From a virus (Duplodnaviria; Caudoviricetes): a stretch of 61,699 nt of DNA. Shown piece after piece: positions 9,366-18,994 of the stretch. Under the pieces are notes generated by a model that saw only the letters and a program-made list of their open reading frames with translations, was not told the origin of the DNA and searched no databases. The stretch is taken from IMG/VR virus record IMGVR_UViG_3300020141_000500, positions 1 to 61,699 of that record. The stretch is one strand, 5' to 3'. The position numbers and the translations under genes were made by a program. The stretch's first letter is position 1. The number at the start of each line of letters is the position of its first letter.

Positions 9366-9444
9366 TATAAAAAGTTCTTGTTATAAAATGATCTGATTGA
9401 TATATATTTTTCAATTAGATTGATATTTATAATGAAAAGATACT

Positions 9445-12093
9445 ATGTCTAATCAGAAAACATCTCAACTTCGCAGGGTAAGTGGTAGCCAGCTTGTTTA
9501 TGGCGATTTGATTCCGTTGATTGATGTTAGTGAAAACACATCGCCAACCGGAGAAACCAAAGCAATTTCTGCTGGTGATTTGGCTTCATATGTTGTATCT
9601 GGTGGATTCTTGGAAGTATTCACGCCAATGCATGGCTATCAATCCGCTAATGGACTTGTGTTTGACCAAAATATTGCACCGGAGTCAGATTTGAATTTGC
9701 GTTGTTATGGAGAATTTCCAGAAGTTGGAACAGAATTTAGTTTGATGGTTCGTGCATTTATTCCTTCTTCCATGTATCCCGATCCACCAGTATCTCGTGC
9801 AATTTTTGGTATAGGAGAATCTCAAGAAACACTAACGTCTGGCAGTCTGGTTGTGTCTGCCAGTCAAGCCGCATATATTGGAATGGAAGACAATGATTTG
9901 ATTTGTTATACATACGATGGAATTGCTGAGAAAAAAATCCCAGTGACCAATTTTATGTGTGATTACGAAGACAAAGTTTTTGAGGCAGTTCTAACCAGAG
10001 ATTCTTCTGGTACTTTGAAGTTGTATTTGAACAGTACATTGATTGGTACATTGAGCGGTTCTGCAACACCAATTTCATCATCATATGTGGTTATGGGCAA
10101 TGGACATTCTACTGCGTTCAATATTGATTGTACCATTTATGAAGCTCATGTATTTAATACAGAATTGACCGCCAACAAAATTAAAAGCATGTTTTATAGT
10201 GGTGTAAATAATTCAGATACAACATTGATTGCTTCTTATACTTCACCAAATTTAAATCCAGGACCAACTCAATGGTTGGATTCAAAAGGAACAAATCATA
10301 TTTTATTACCAGTGTCTGGTGCAAGAGCAAGCAATCCAGATAAAGAATTTAGTTTGAGATTCAAGAGTGATGGAACATCTAGTTATCTTGGAAATGGAAC
10401 AGAAAGAGATATTCTTCCAGATAATTATGTTTTGACAGATGCATTTGTTTATTCAACTGGTTCTCCATTGTTGTCAATTGGATCAACATCTTCTGTTGCG
10501 CCAGTTGGAGCAAGTGGAATACATTCATGGAACAACAATAGAGTTCCATTGACCAATGCAATTTACAGCAGAAACAATCTGCAATTATTGGAATTGGGTG
10601 TAGCACATACTGATAAATCAATTTATGTGTTTTATAGTTCAAGTGCAGCACCATGCACATTTAGTTTTGAAGGATATATTTCTGATTATGGTCCATCAAC
10701 ATATTTTCCACCAGCACCTGTAATCGTAAGCAGTTTGTATGAAACTGCAACAAATACTATACCATATAGTTATCAAATTTTGGCTACAAATTATCCACTG
10801 ATTTATAGTGCATCCAATTTACCAAATGGTCTTTCGTTGAATAATTTAACCGGTGTTATTTCTGGTACTCCATCCGCCGCTGCAAATATATACTATGTTC
10901 ATCTGTTTGCTGCAAACTATGATGCAACTGGAAGTGCGTTTATGACCATGTCGCTGGCACCTGCTCCAACACCAACACCAACACCTACTCCGACAGCAAC
11001 GCCGACGCCTACTCCGACAGCAACACCTACACCAACCAGTGGTGCAACGGCAACTCCTACGCCAACCAGTGGCGCAACAGCAACGCCGACGCCGACTCCG
11101 ACAGCAACCAGCGTTGGACCAACAGCAACACCGACAGCAACCAGCGTTGGACCAACAGCAACACCGACAGCAACGCCGACAGCAACAGCAACGGCAACGC
11201 CGACCCCAACGGCTACATCACAGACACCATTCGTAGATGTTGGATTTATAATAGAACCCTCTCCTGGTAGATTTGACGTGCATTCTTCGGCATATGCATA
11301 CTCACAAACATTTAGTTCACATACAATAGAATTGAAGTCTGCCGCATCGGAAGCCGGTCTTGCCGCTGCGGGATATGTTGCAATTGGAACAAACAACGCT
11401 CCTCCAAGCAATGTTCCCACAAACAGCGATTACTTGATTGTTATAAATGCCCAAACTGGGATCGGATCGACTCCTCCGTATTGGATCAGAGCCAGAGCAA
11501 GCGTTACAACTAATACCGGAACTTATTATAGTAGTGAACAAACTTACAATTTTGGGACCGGTGTACCAATGACGGCAACGCCGACGCCAACAGCAACGGA
11601 AACACCAACGGCAACACCAACGGCAAGTCCGACTCCGACGCCGACCCCAACAAACACGGCGGGCGGTCCAACTGACACGCCAACAGCAACACCAACGGAA
11701 ACGCCAACTCCAACCGACACGCCAACAGCAACGGCAACTCCCACTCCGTCTCCGACCCCAACAAACACGGCGGGCGGTCCAACTGACACGCCAACAGCAA
11801 CACCAACGGAAACGCCAACTCCAACCGACACGCCAACAGCAACGGCAACGGAAACGCCAACTCCAACCGACACGCCAACAGCAACACCAACGGAAACGCC
11901 AACTCCAACGCCAACGGAAGCGCCATGTCATTTATGGACATCTACGGGCGATGGACAAAGTGTAGTTATGAGTGGCGCGGGCTGTGGTGGTGGCAATATC
12001 AACGGGATGTTTAACACTGGTGATACTATATGCTTGGCGAGCGGTTTCTCGCCAGCGGGATCTTGGACTGACGGCGGCGGGGGATCTTGCTAA
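9445..12093 (+). CDS. virion fibre-like protein: LamG/concanavalin-like domain, He_PIG-type Ig repeat, two long PT linkers, small Cys-containing tip
   Basis: [14 protein letters not shown]...[12 protein letters not shown] (LamG-like); [23 protein letters not shown] (Ig-like); PT tracts; ATATTTATA at 9423. Confidence 0.75.
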   Translation: MSNQKTSQLRRVSGSQLVYGDLIPLIDVSENTSPTGETKAISAGDLASYVVSGGFLEVFTPMHGYQSANGLVFDQNIAPESDLNLRCYGEFPEVGTEFSLMVRAFIPSSMYPDPPVSRAIFGIGESQETLTSGSLVVSASQAAYIGMEDNDLICYTYDGIAEKKIPVTNFMCDYEDKVFEAVLTRDSSGTLKLYLNSTLIGTLSGSATPISSSYVVMGNGHSTAFNIDCTIYEAHVFNTELTANKIKSMFYSGVNNSDTTLIASYTSPNLNPGPTQWLDSKGTNHILLPVSGARASNPDKEFSLRFKSDGTSSYLGNGTERDILPDNYVLTDAFVYSTGSPLLSIGSTSSVAPVGASGIHSWNNNRVPLTNAIYSRNNLQLLELGVAHTDKSIYVFYSSSAAPCTFSFEGYISDYGPSTYFPPAPVIVSSLYETATNTIPYSYQILATNYPLIYSASNLPNGLSLNNLTGVISGTPSAAANIYYVHLFAANYDATGSAFMTMSLAPAPTPTPTPTPTATPTPTPTATPTPTSGATATPTPTSGATATPTPTPTATSVGPTATPTATSVGPTATPTATPTATATATPTPTATSQTPFVDVGFIIEPSPGRFDVHSSAYAYSQTFSSHTIELKSAASEAGLAAAGYVAIGTNNAPPSNVPTNSDYLIVINAQTGIGSTPPYWIRARASVTTNTGTYYSSEQTYNFGTGVPMTATPTPTATETPTATPTASPTPTPTPTNTAGGPTDTPTATPTETPTPTDTPTATATPTPSPTPTNTAGGPTDTPTATPTETPTPTDTPTATATETPTPTDTPTATPTETPTPTPTEAPCHLWTSTGDGQSVVMSGAGCGGGNINGMFNTGDTICLASGFSPAGSWTDGGGGSC
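11641..11849 (+). repeat. coding direct repeat, period 111 bp (98 bp identical)
   Basis: ccgaccccaacaaacacggcgggcggtcca... occurs at 11641 and 11752. Confidence 0.85.
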
Positions 12094-12107
12094 TAAAATT
12101 AACTCCT

Positions 12108-12302
12108 ATGCTAACATACAACGAAATTCAAGACGCATTGATGTCAAACCCCCCTACCAAAGTTGCCATTAGCAGCGGCGGCGAAGATATTCCTATATAC
12201 GGCGCTGGAAAAAGCCCCGCGAATCCATATATCTGGGTATCCCCGTATAACGACAATGCATTTAAAATAACAGAAGAACATGCAATTAAAATTTTACCAT
12301 AA
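12108..12302 (+). CDS. small hypothetical protein, 64 aa
   Basis: ATG at 12108 directly after the fibre-like gene. Confidence 0.6.
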   Translation: MLTYNEIQDALMSNPPTKVAISSGGEDIPIYGAGKSPANPYIWVSPYNDNAFKITEEHAIKILP

Positions 12303-12454
12303 ATTGTATCAAATCACACAGCGTCGGAAGACGAACTTTATTACAACTCGGTCTTATAAAATTCTGCCGGTGCGTTTTTAATGTTGTTTTATATATTTCA
12401 TCAATTATTATTTATAACTTGTATATATACAAGTAAACACTATAAAGGTTATAT

Positions 12455-13705
12455 ATGAATGATTTAATATTTGTACAAATTGCGTCGTATCGTGATCCAG
12501 AGCTTGTTCCTACAATAAAGGACATGATCTCCAAATCAAAATATCCAGAGAAACTGACCTTTGGTGTTTGCTGGCAAAAAGATGATACAGAAAATATGGA
12601 CGAGTTTCTTAATAACCCAGCATTCAGAATAGAAGCGTATGATTATACTCAAAGCCAAGGATTGGGGTGGGCAAGAAACATCACCAACAAGTTGTATCGT
12701 GGTGAAAAGTATACATTGCAAATAGATAGCCATCATCGTTTTGTACAAGATTGGGATGTTTTGGTGCTCGAAGATTATGCACAGGCTTTGACCATGTGCA
12801 AAAAGCCAATCATCAGTACATATTGTACCCCGTTTGATACTCACGAGCCTGTGGAAAAAGCAAGTCAAGTTCCTTCATTAATGTCTCAATATGAGTTCAG
12901 CAATGACAAGCTTTTGATGAGTATGCCACATTACATTGGTGATCACAAAATTCGCAACAAAGTTATTCGCGCTCGTACACTCAGCGGACACTTCTATTTT
13001 GTTGAGGGAAAGTTCATTGAAGAAGTTCCATACGATCCAAACATTTACTTTGGTGGATATACTGAAGAAACAACTATGAGTGTTCGTGCGTTTACTCATG
13101 GGTATGATTTCTTTAGCCCATATCGTATGATCATGTGGCACGAATATACTCGTAAGTATCGTCCAAAACACTGGGATGATCACGGTAAAGAAAGTGCCAC
13201 CAAGAAGACCAGTGGAGAACGAGATGTGTATGCTCGCAACAAGACTCGTCAGATGTTTGGACAAGAGGAGCATAATATTGAAATGGGAATTTATGGTCTT
13301 GGAACTGAACGCACACTGCATGACTATGAAGTGTATGGTGGATTTAATTTCAAAAAATGTTTGATTCAAGATTACACATTGTTGGTAAAAGAAGCGCCCA
13401 ACCCACCCGATTGGGAAGAACAGTTCAAAAAGCTAAAAGTCAAAATGAATGTGGCATGGGATGTTGGACATTTTATATCGGAAGATATCGGAGATTTTGA
13501 ATTCATTACTCTCGGAGTTGTTGACAAGTATGATACAAATTTGTATCGTGTTGATTTTAAACCAGTGACACATCCAGAAATTTTTCAATACAAAAAAAGT
13601 TCGTTGGATATTAATATAATATCGGACAACAAACCCGAAAAGCTAATTATGTATTCATTTAGCAAATCTAAACAGTGGGGTCAACGCTATGAAAAGAAAC
13701 TATGA
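12455..13705 (+). CDS. GT60-like glycosyltransferase (Pfam GlcNAc-type; Skp1/polypeptide alpha-GlcNAc transferase family)
   Basis: IFVQIASYRDPEL, G.GWARN, YTLQIDSHHRF (DSH) and EVPYDP..YF...EE....VRAFTHGYD motifs. Confidence 0.8.
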   Translation: MNDLIFVQIASYRDPELVPTIKDMISKSKYPEKLTFGVCWQKDDTENMDEFLNNPAFRIEAYDYTQSQGLGWARNITNKLYRGEKYTLQIDSHHRFVQDWDVLVLEDYAQALTMCKKPIISTYCTPFDTHEPVEKASQVPSLMSQYEFSNDKLLMSMPHYIGDHKIRNKVIRARTLSGHFYFVEGKFIEEVPYDPNIYFGGYTEETTMSVRAFTHGYDFFSPYRMIMWHEYTRKYRPKHWDDHGKESATKKTSGERDVYARNKTRQMFGQEEHNIEMGIYGLGTERTLHDYEVYGGFNFKKCLIQDYTLLVKEAPNPPDWEEQFKKLKVKMNVAWDVGHFISEDIGDFEFITLGVVDKYDTNLYRVDFKPVTHPEIFQYKKSSLDINIISDNKPEKLIMYSFSKSKQWGQRYEKKL

Positions 13706-15555
13706 GAATCGCATTCATTGTTGTTGGAAACGTTGAGAGGGGAGGTCTAATCAACGGGGAGAGTATAAGATATGGCGGAACCAGTGCATCTGGAACGGAT
13801 TCAAGTGCCATATTGGTTGCGGAATATCTATCAAAAGTTGGACATGATGTTGTGTTTGCGGTTGAAGGTGTCACCGATTTTGGAATCTGCCGTGGAGTCA
13901 AATATACCAACTTGAAGTTTGACACGGTTGATAATAAGGAGTTTGATGTTCTAGTCAGTTGCCTGTGGTTTGACAAGTATAACGATTTAAACATAAAAGT
14001 TACAAAATCTTTGATTTATTGGTGCCATTTGGCTTGGATGTATGGTATTAAAGAAATGACGGAATATGCAAAAGAAAATAATCTGCATCTTGGAATTGTT
14101 CATGTATCTGAATGGGAGAAGAAACACAACAACCAAACAATTGAGGTCATGCGCAGAGACTATAAAAATATCAGTCAAATTACTATTCCAAATTCAATTT
14201 GTGTGGATGTTGTTGAGGAAATATTGAAAGAGAAAATACAAAAGAAGTCAAAAAAAACCATCTTTCACGCACAGTGGTCAAGAGGCGGACCAACCGCACT
14301 TGAGATTGTAAAACGTCTTGGTTGGGATGAGTCCAATTTCACTTCATTTGATTATTTAAATACCGCCGGTGGTCGGGTAGATAAAAAACAATTGTTCCGA
14401 GAGTTGGCGGAAAGTGAATATTTTATATTTCCAAGTTTCACGCACGGACGGCTTGTTTACAAGGACACTTTTTCTTGTGCTGTCGCAGAAGCACTTGCGA
14501 TGGGAGTTATTGTCGTGGCATATCCATTGGGGGCTTTACCAGAATACTACAACAACTATTGCGAGTGGGTCGATTTTCCGGTTGGAACGGATTTGGAAAA
14601 AATTAAGTCCGAGAAGGTGTCAGAACTTCCGGCGATGGGAAATACGGATAATATGACGGATGCTGTTAACCGGATGGAAATGAACTTGGAAAAAAAGAAG
14701 GCACTTTCATCTAACGGCAATTCCATCATAAATTCTTTTAACATAAAAAAAATAGGTCCGATCTGGGAAATGTATCTGAAAAATCCCACCGTTCCAAAAA
14801 AAGATCATAGGTTCTTTGAACTCAAACCTTTCATTGGAGCATCTTCTCTGTCCGTTGTTGAAAAAATAGTATATATAAACTTGGATTCAAGAAAAGATCG
14901 ATTTGAACAAGCTCAAACTGAATTTCGTAAATACAATATAACAGCGGAGAGATTTCCGGCAGTTTGTATGAGCATAGAAGAGAGCAACGAAATAACGAGA
15001 AATGGTGGGGCGACATGGGACATCAATGTGTTAAAAATGGCACAGGATGAATTGGAAAGAAAACTCAGAGCACAGCGGTCTTGTACAAAATCTCACATAG
15101 AAATAATAAAAAAAGCCAAAAAAGATGGAACCAGAAACATTTTGATATTTGAAGATGATGTTATTTTCAATGACGAAATTGATTTAAATTTTGAGTTGAG
15201 AAACTGTTTATCGGAGTTGCAAGAAAAACAGTGGGATTTGTTTGTTCTTGGGTGCAATCCCAGAACTCCATTCAAACTGGATGGAAAATATTTGGCAAAA
15301 CTTGGTGGATTTTATAATGCACATGCCGTTCTAGTGAATAATACTGCATATGATGAAATTATAAAATTTCCATTTAATACTCACATAGTAATTGACCAGT
15401 TCTATTTTGGAATGTCGATTGAAAATCGCTTCAAAGTTTATACCCCTAAAATTCCACTGGCATATCAACGAGACAGTTTTTCCGATATCGAAGGTCGTAC
15501 CTACGAAACAAAATATATTCAGAAAGACGCTTATAAAACTTTTCTCACAACATGA
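13702..15555 (+). CDS. fused glycosyltransferase: GT-B (GT4-like) plus GT25-like
   Basis: YFIFPS...DTFSCAVAEALAMG...GALPE in the N-terminal part; YINLDSRKDR, SH and ILIFEDD in the C-terminal part. Confidence 0.8.
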   Translation: MRIAFIVVGNVERGGLINGESIRYGGTSASGTDSSAILVAEYLSKVGHDVVFAVEGVTDFGICRGVKYTNLKFDTVDNKEFDVLVSCLWFDKYNDLNIKVTKSLIYWCHLAWMYGIKEMTEYAKENNLHLGIVHVSEWEKKHNNQTIEVMRRDYKNISQITIPNSICVDVVEEILKEKIQKKSKKTIFHAQWSRGGPTALEIVKRLGWDESNFTSFDYLNTAGGRVDKKQLFRELAESEYFIFPSFTHGRLVYKDTFSCAVAEALAMGVIVVAYPLGALPEYYNNYCEWVDFPVGTDLEKIKSEKVSELPAMGNTDNMTDAVNRMEMNLEKKKALSSNGNSIINSFNIKKIGPIWEMYLKNPTVPKKDHRFFELKPFIGASSLSVVEKIVYINLDSRKDRFEQAQTEFRKYNITAERFPAVCMSIEESNEITRNGGATWDINVLKMAQDELERKLRAQRSCTKSHIEIIKKAKKDGTRNILIFEDDVIFNDEIDLNFELRNCLSELQEKQWDLFVLGCNPRTPFKLDGKYLAKLGGFYNAHAVLVNNTAYDEIIKFPFNTHIVIDQFYFGMSIENRFKVYTPKIPLAYQRDSFSDIEGRTYETKYIQKDAYKTFLTT

Positions 15556-16667
15556 GCTATGATTATCTTATAGTAGGTGCCGGATTCTTTGGTGCGATTT
15601 GTGCTTACGAACTTAATAAAATAGGCAAGAAAGTTATTGTTATAGATTCTCGTGATCATGTTGGAGGAAATTGTTATACAGAAAACAGAGACAACATAAA
15701 TCTTCATGTATATGGTCCGCACATTTTTCATACATCAAACGAAGAAGTGTGGAAGTGGATAAATCAGTTTGCCACATTCAACAACTTTGTATATACCCCC
15801 GTCGCAAACTATAAAGAAAAATTATATGCTCTTCCATTCAACATGTGGACGTTTTATCAAATGTGGGGAGCAACTTCGGAAATAGAAGTAAAAGAAATTA
15901 TTGAAAAACAATCATCTGTTATAACAGGCGAGCCGAAAAATCTTGAAGAGCAAGCAATCAAACTTGTTGGACATGATGTATACAACACACTTATTAAAGG
16001 TTACACAGAAAAACAATGGAGAAAATCGGCCAAAGAACTTCCTAAAGAAATTATAAAACGACTACCTGTTCGTTATACATTTGATAATAATTATTTCAAT
16101 GATAAGTATCAAGGTATACCCGTTGGTGGATATACAAAAATATTTGAGAAGTTGCTTGAAGGCATTGAAGTAAGATTAAACACGGATTATTTTACAGCGG
16201 AACTACCAGAACACATCAAAGTTATTTATACTGGTCCTATTGACAAATATTTTGGTTATAAGCACGGCAAACTTGAATATAAAACTGTTGAACTTGATCA
16301 TATGAAAATAAACACTTCAAACTATCAAGGCGTTGCTGTGATAAATCACACAGATAAAGATGTGCCTCACACTCGTACCATAGAACACAAACACTTCGAG
16401 AAATCGGACAGCCCAGTTTCTTGGGTTAGCTGGGAAACTCCGGTTGAATATATTCCAGAAAAAACTGAACCATATTATCCAGTGAATGATGCCAAGAATA
16501 CAGAAATATATAACAAGTATAAAGCAGATGCTTTACTTGAAGATAAAGTTATTTTTGGTGGAAGACTTGGTGAATATAAATACTATGACATGCACCAAGT
16601 AATTGCCAGTGCATTGGAGTGTGCCAAACAATTGACATATCTCAATACGTGGCATCCAAACTTATAA
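15552..16667 (+). CDS. glf: UDP-galactopyranose mutase
   Basis: DYLIVGAGFFG, HVGGNCY, YGPHIFHT, YTEKQW, EPYYPVND and GRLGEYKYYDMH motifs. Confidence 0.95.
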   Translation: MSYDYLIVGAGFFGAICAYELNKIGKKVIVIDSRDHVGGNCYTENRDNINLHVYGPHIFHTSNEEVWKWINQFATFNNFVYTPVANYKEKLYALPFNMWTFYQMWGATSEIEVKEIIEKQSSVITGEPKNLEEQAIKLVGHDVYNTLIKGYTEKQWRKSAKELPKEIIKRLPVRYTFDNNYFNDKYQGIPVGGYTKIFEKLLEGIEVRLNTDYFTAELPEHIKVIYTGPIDKYFGYKHGKLEYKTVELDHMKINTSNYQGVAVINHTDKDVPHTRTIEHKHFEKSDSPVSWVSWETPVEYIPEKTEPYYPVNDAKNTEIYNKYKADALLEDKVIFGGRLGEYKYYDMHQVIASALECAKQLTYLNTWHPNL

Positions 16668-16844
16668 TTGATATATTTTATTGAGACATGTAGTCTCATG
16701 CATGTGACAAAATGATACACATAAAATATGTATTTTTTATTTGTTACGAGGTAAGAGTGTGACATTACATTTGGCACGAAACATGATAATGTGTATGTGC
16801 CGATGTTCATAATGAAGTCGGCATAAATAAAGGATACAATAAAT

Positions 16845-17291
16845 ATGTCACTAACTAAATACACACGGGATGAGTTTCTCACCCCTTTTGATAGATTGTT
16901 TGATGAAGTTTTCAATAACTTCGGAGTAACACCATATGCTGGTTCATATACAAAAACCAGTTTTCCCAAAGTGGATGTGGTTGAATATATAGATAAACTT
17001 GTTCTAGAAGCAGATGTTGCTGGACTAGACAAGGAAGATGTAAGTGTTGAACTAGAAGGCGATACTCTCACCATTCGTGGTGGAAAGAAGCCAGCATCAA
17101 CTGAAACAGACAATAATGCTCGTTATGTTTATAGAGAAATAAAGCGTTCAAGTTTTGTTCGCTCTTTTGCTGTTGGCGAGGGTATTGATAAAAGTAACAT
17201 AAAGGTTGATTATCAAAATGGAGCAATCAAGATTATATTACCCAGAATTAAGATTGAAGAACAAAAGCCACAAAAAATCAAGTTGCTATAA
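16845..17291 (+). CDS. hsp20: Hsp20/alpha-crystallin small heat-shock protein
   Basis: PKVDVVE, ADVAGLDKEDVSV, REIKRSSFVRSF and YQNGAIKIILPR motifs. Confidence 0.92.
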   Translation: MSLTKYTRDEFLTPFDRLFDEVFNNFGVTPYAGSYTKTSFPKVDVVEYIDKLVLEADVAGLDKEDVSVELEGDTLTIRGGKKPASTETDNNARYVYREIKRSSFVRSFAVGEGIDKSNIKVDYQNGAIKIILPRIKIEEQKPQKIKLL

Positions 17292-17329
17292 GATAAATGT
17301 TGACAATTGATATATCTTCATACAATATA

Positions 17330-17447
17330 TCAGTCTTAAAGGTTATATAAAGTTCCAATTCTTATGATAATTGGATGGTGGAGGGTGATGTTGAGTTCAA
17401 CCACCCCTAATTAAGCCCCACAGAAATGTGGGGTTTTTTGTTTTTTT
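17330..17447 (+). ncRNA. candidate small structured RNA
   Basis: TTGACA at 17300 upstream, two hairpins and a terminator; no long ORF. Confidence 0.3.
17413..17447 (+). terminator. intrinsic terminator
   Basis: gccccaca-gaaa-tgtggggt followed by T tracts. Confidence 0.85.
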
Positions 17448-17528
17448 CTATGAGTTGTATATATTTATTGTTATAACTTTATACAAAAATATATGAAAAA
17501 ATCAGAATTAAAGCAGTTGATTAGAGAA
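17429..17528 (+). repeat. 100-bp direct repeat, copy 1 (terminator tail, promoter motif, first 12 codons)
   Basis: 99/100 identical to 18220..18319. Confidence 0.92.
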
Positions 17529-18170
17529 GTTGTGCGAGAAGTATATTCTCAACAAGACGAAGGTCTTGTTGATAAGATTGGAGATTTTTTGACAGATCCA
17601 ACCGGAAGAAAGAGAAAAGCGGCGGATGCGGAAAGTCGCGAGGAAGAAAAATCTAAAAATGAAAAATTTAAACAATTTAAAGATACGATTCAACATAACT
17701 TAAAATCTATTCCTAAATATGTTGAGGCATTTACTGCCAAAGCACGTGAGGTTTATAAAGACGCGGAAGAAGCAAGAGAACGCGGTCACGGTAGGTCCGG
17801 ACCACAGTATCATCAAGGAAACGGCTATTATTCACGTGACGCTGGTCAAGATTATGAGTATTGGGAAAAACGCACTAAGGAACAAGACGCGGCACAAAAA
17901 GATAGTTATGACAATTGGAGAAGAAATTTGAAATCAATAGAACAAAAGTATGAAGATATCAAAAAATTTATTGATTATATTCAGGGACAATTTAGAACTG
18001 GTATAAAAGAGCTTGAACAATATGATAGCTATGATTCCGCCAAAAACATGTTTGCAAACTCCGAAGAATACACCAACGACCGGATTGACCGCATAGAGGA
18101 ATTTCGCAGTGAATATAGTATAAGACCCATAGGATATGAAAATGAATTTAAAAAGCTAGAAAAATTTTAA
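17493..18170 (+). CDS. MKKSELKQLIRE-leader protein (putative internal head protein)
   Basis: Leader shared with 18284 and 40703; highly charged helical body. Confidence 0.7.
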   Translation: MKKSELKQLIREVVREVYSQQDEGLVDKIGDFLTDPTGRKRKAADAESREEEKSKNEKFKQFKDTIQHNLKSIPKYVEAFTAKAREVYKDAEEARERGHGRSGPQYHQGNGYYSRDAGQDYEYWEKRTKEQDAAQKDSYDNWRRNLKSIEQKYEDIKKFIDYIQGQFRTGIKELEQYDSYDSAKNMFANSEEYTNDRIDRIEEFRSEYSIRPIGYENEFKKLEKF

Positions 18171-18201
18171 TAACTTAATATAACACACATATTACACAAA
18201 G

Positions 18202-18238
18202 AACCCCAAACATAAAGTTTGGGGTTTTTTGTTTTTTT
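18202..18238 (+). terminator. intrinsic terminator (26 bp identical to 18937..18962)
   Basis: aaccccaaac-ataaa-gtttggggtt plus T tract. Confidence 0.85.
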
Positions 18239-18319
18239 CTATGAGTTGTATATATTTATTGTTATAACTTTATACAAAAATATATGAAAAAATCGGAATT
18301 AAAGCAGTTGATTAGAGAA
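18220..18319 (+). repeat. 100-bp direct repeat, copy 2
   Basis: 99/100 identical to 17429..17528. Confidence 0.92.
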
Positions 18320-18883
18320 ACCGTTGAAGAAGTGCGCGTCATCAGCGAAGCCAATAAGATTGCAGCATATCTTAAATCAAATCCAAGATTGGTTAAATCG
18401 TTAATGGCACATGGTGTATTAACAGAAGCAGAAATGGGTCGTCGTGATTTTCTTAAAAAAATGGGAATGGGTCTTGCTGGGGCGGGACTTACCGCTTCCG
18501 GACTTAAGGGAGCTACTACTGGTGAAGGCTTGCCAGATATGAAGAGAGCATACACGGCACTGGACAGTAAATGGGCGCAAGACGCAATAATGAAAGAATT
18601 TAATTATGACGATACTCCAAGTTTACGAAAAGCATTCATGGCAGAACTGCGTAAAGTGTTTAATATAATGGAAAAATCTCTAAAAGACGTTTCTTCAAAA
18701 TCATTTGGCCAAGCTATAGCTGTACGAGTAGATGCTATCAATGACGAAGCCGAGCAGGGTCGCGCACATTCTGGTAAAAACCTAGAAAATTTGGATCTGG
18801 GATTAAAACGACTAGTCATTCGGGAACTTGAACGTGTTCAAAAAGATCTGCACTTCGCGTTGGCAGAAATATGTGGTTGGTAA
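18284..18883 (+). CDS. MKKSELKQLIRE-leader protein with internal twin-arginine signal-like segment
   Basis: LTEAE-MGRRDFLKKMGMGLAGAGLTASGLKGA. Confidence 0.75.
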   Translation: MKKSELKQLIRETVEEVRVISEANKIAAYLKSNPRLVKSLMAHGVLTEAEMGRRDFLKKMGMGLAGAGLTASGLKGATTGEGLPDMKRAYTALDSKWAQDAIMKEFNYDDTPSLRKAFMAELRKVFNIMEKSLKDVSSKSFGQAIAVRVDAINDEAEQGRAHSGKNLENLDLGLKRLVIRELERVQKDLHFALAEICGW

Positions 18884-18936
18884 TTATTCTAATTAGTTAA
18901 ATTCAAAATCTAATAACATTATAGTACAATCAACAA

Positions 18937-18969
18937 AACCCCAAACATAAAGTTTGGGGTTTCTTTTTT
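18937..18969 (+). terminator. intrinsic terminator
   Basis: Same hairpin as 18202, followed by a T tract. Confidence 0.85.
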
Positions 18970-18994
18970 ATAGTATATACTATACTTATATACT

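Noticed and set aside
3410-12093. Diversity-generating retroelement acting on fibre tips
   Set aside because: No reverse transcriptase and no adenine-specific template/variable repeat pair were found in this window.
12330-12381. Possible relic copy of the KILP end of 12108..12302
   Set aside because: The similarity is too short to distinguish from chance.
17380-17410. tRNA suggested by gagttcaa and GC stems
   Set aside because: No cloverleaf, acceptor stem or proper T-arm can be built; kept only as an sRNA candidate.
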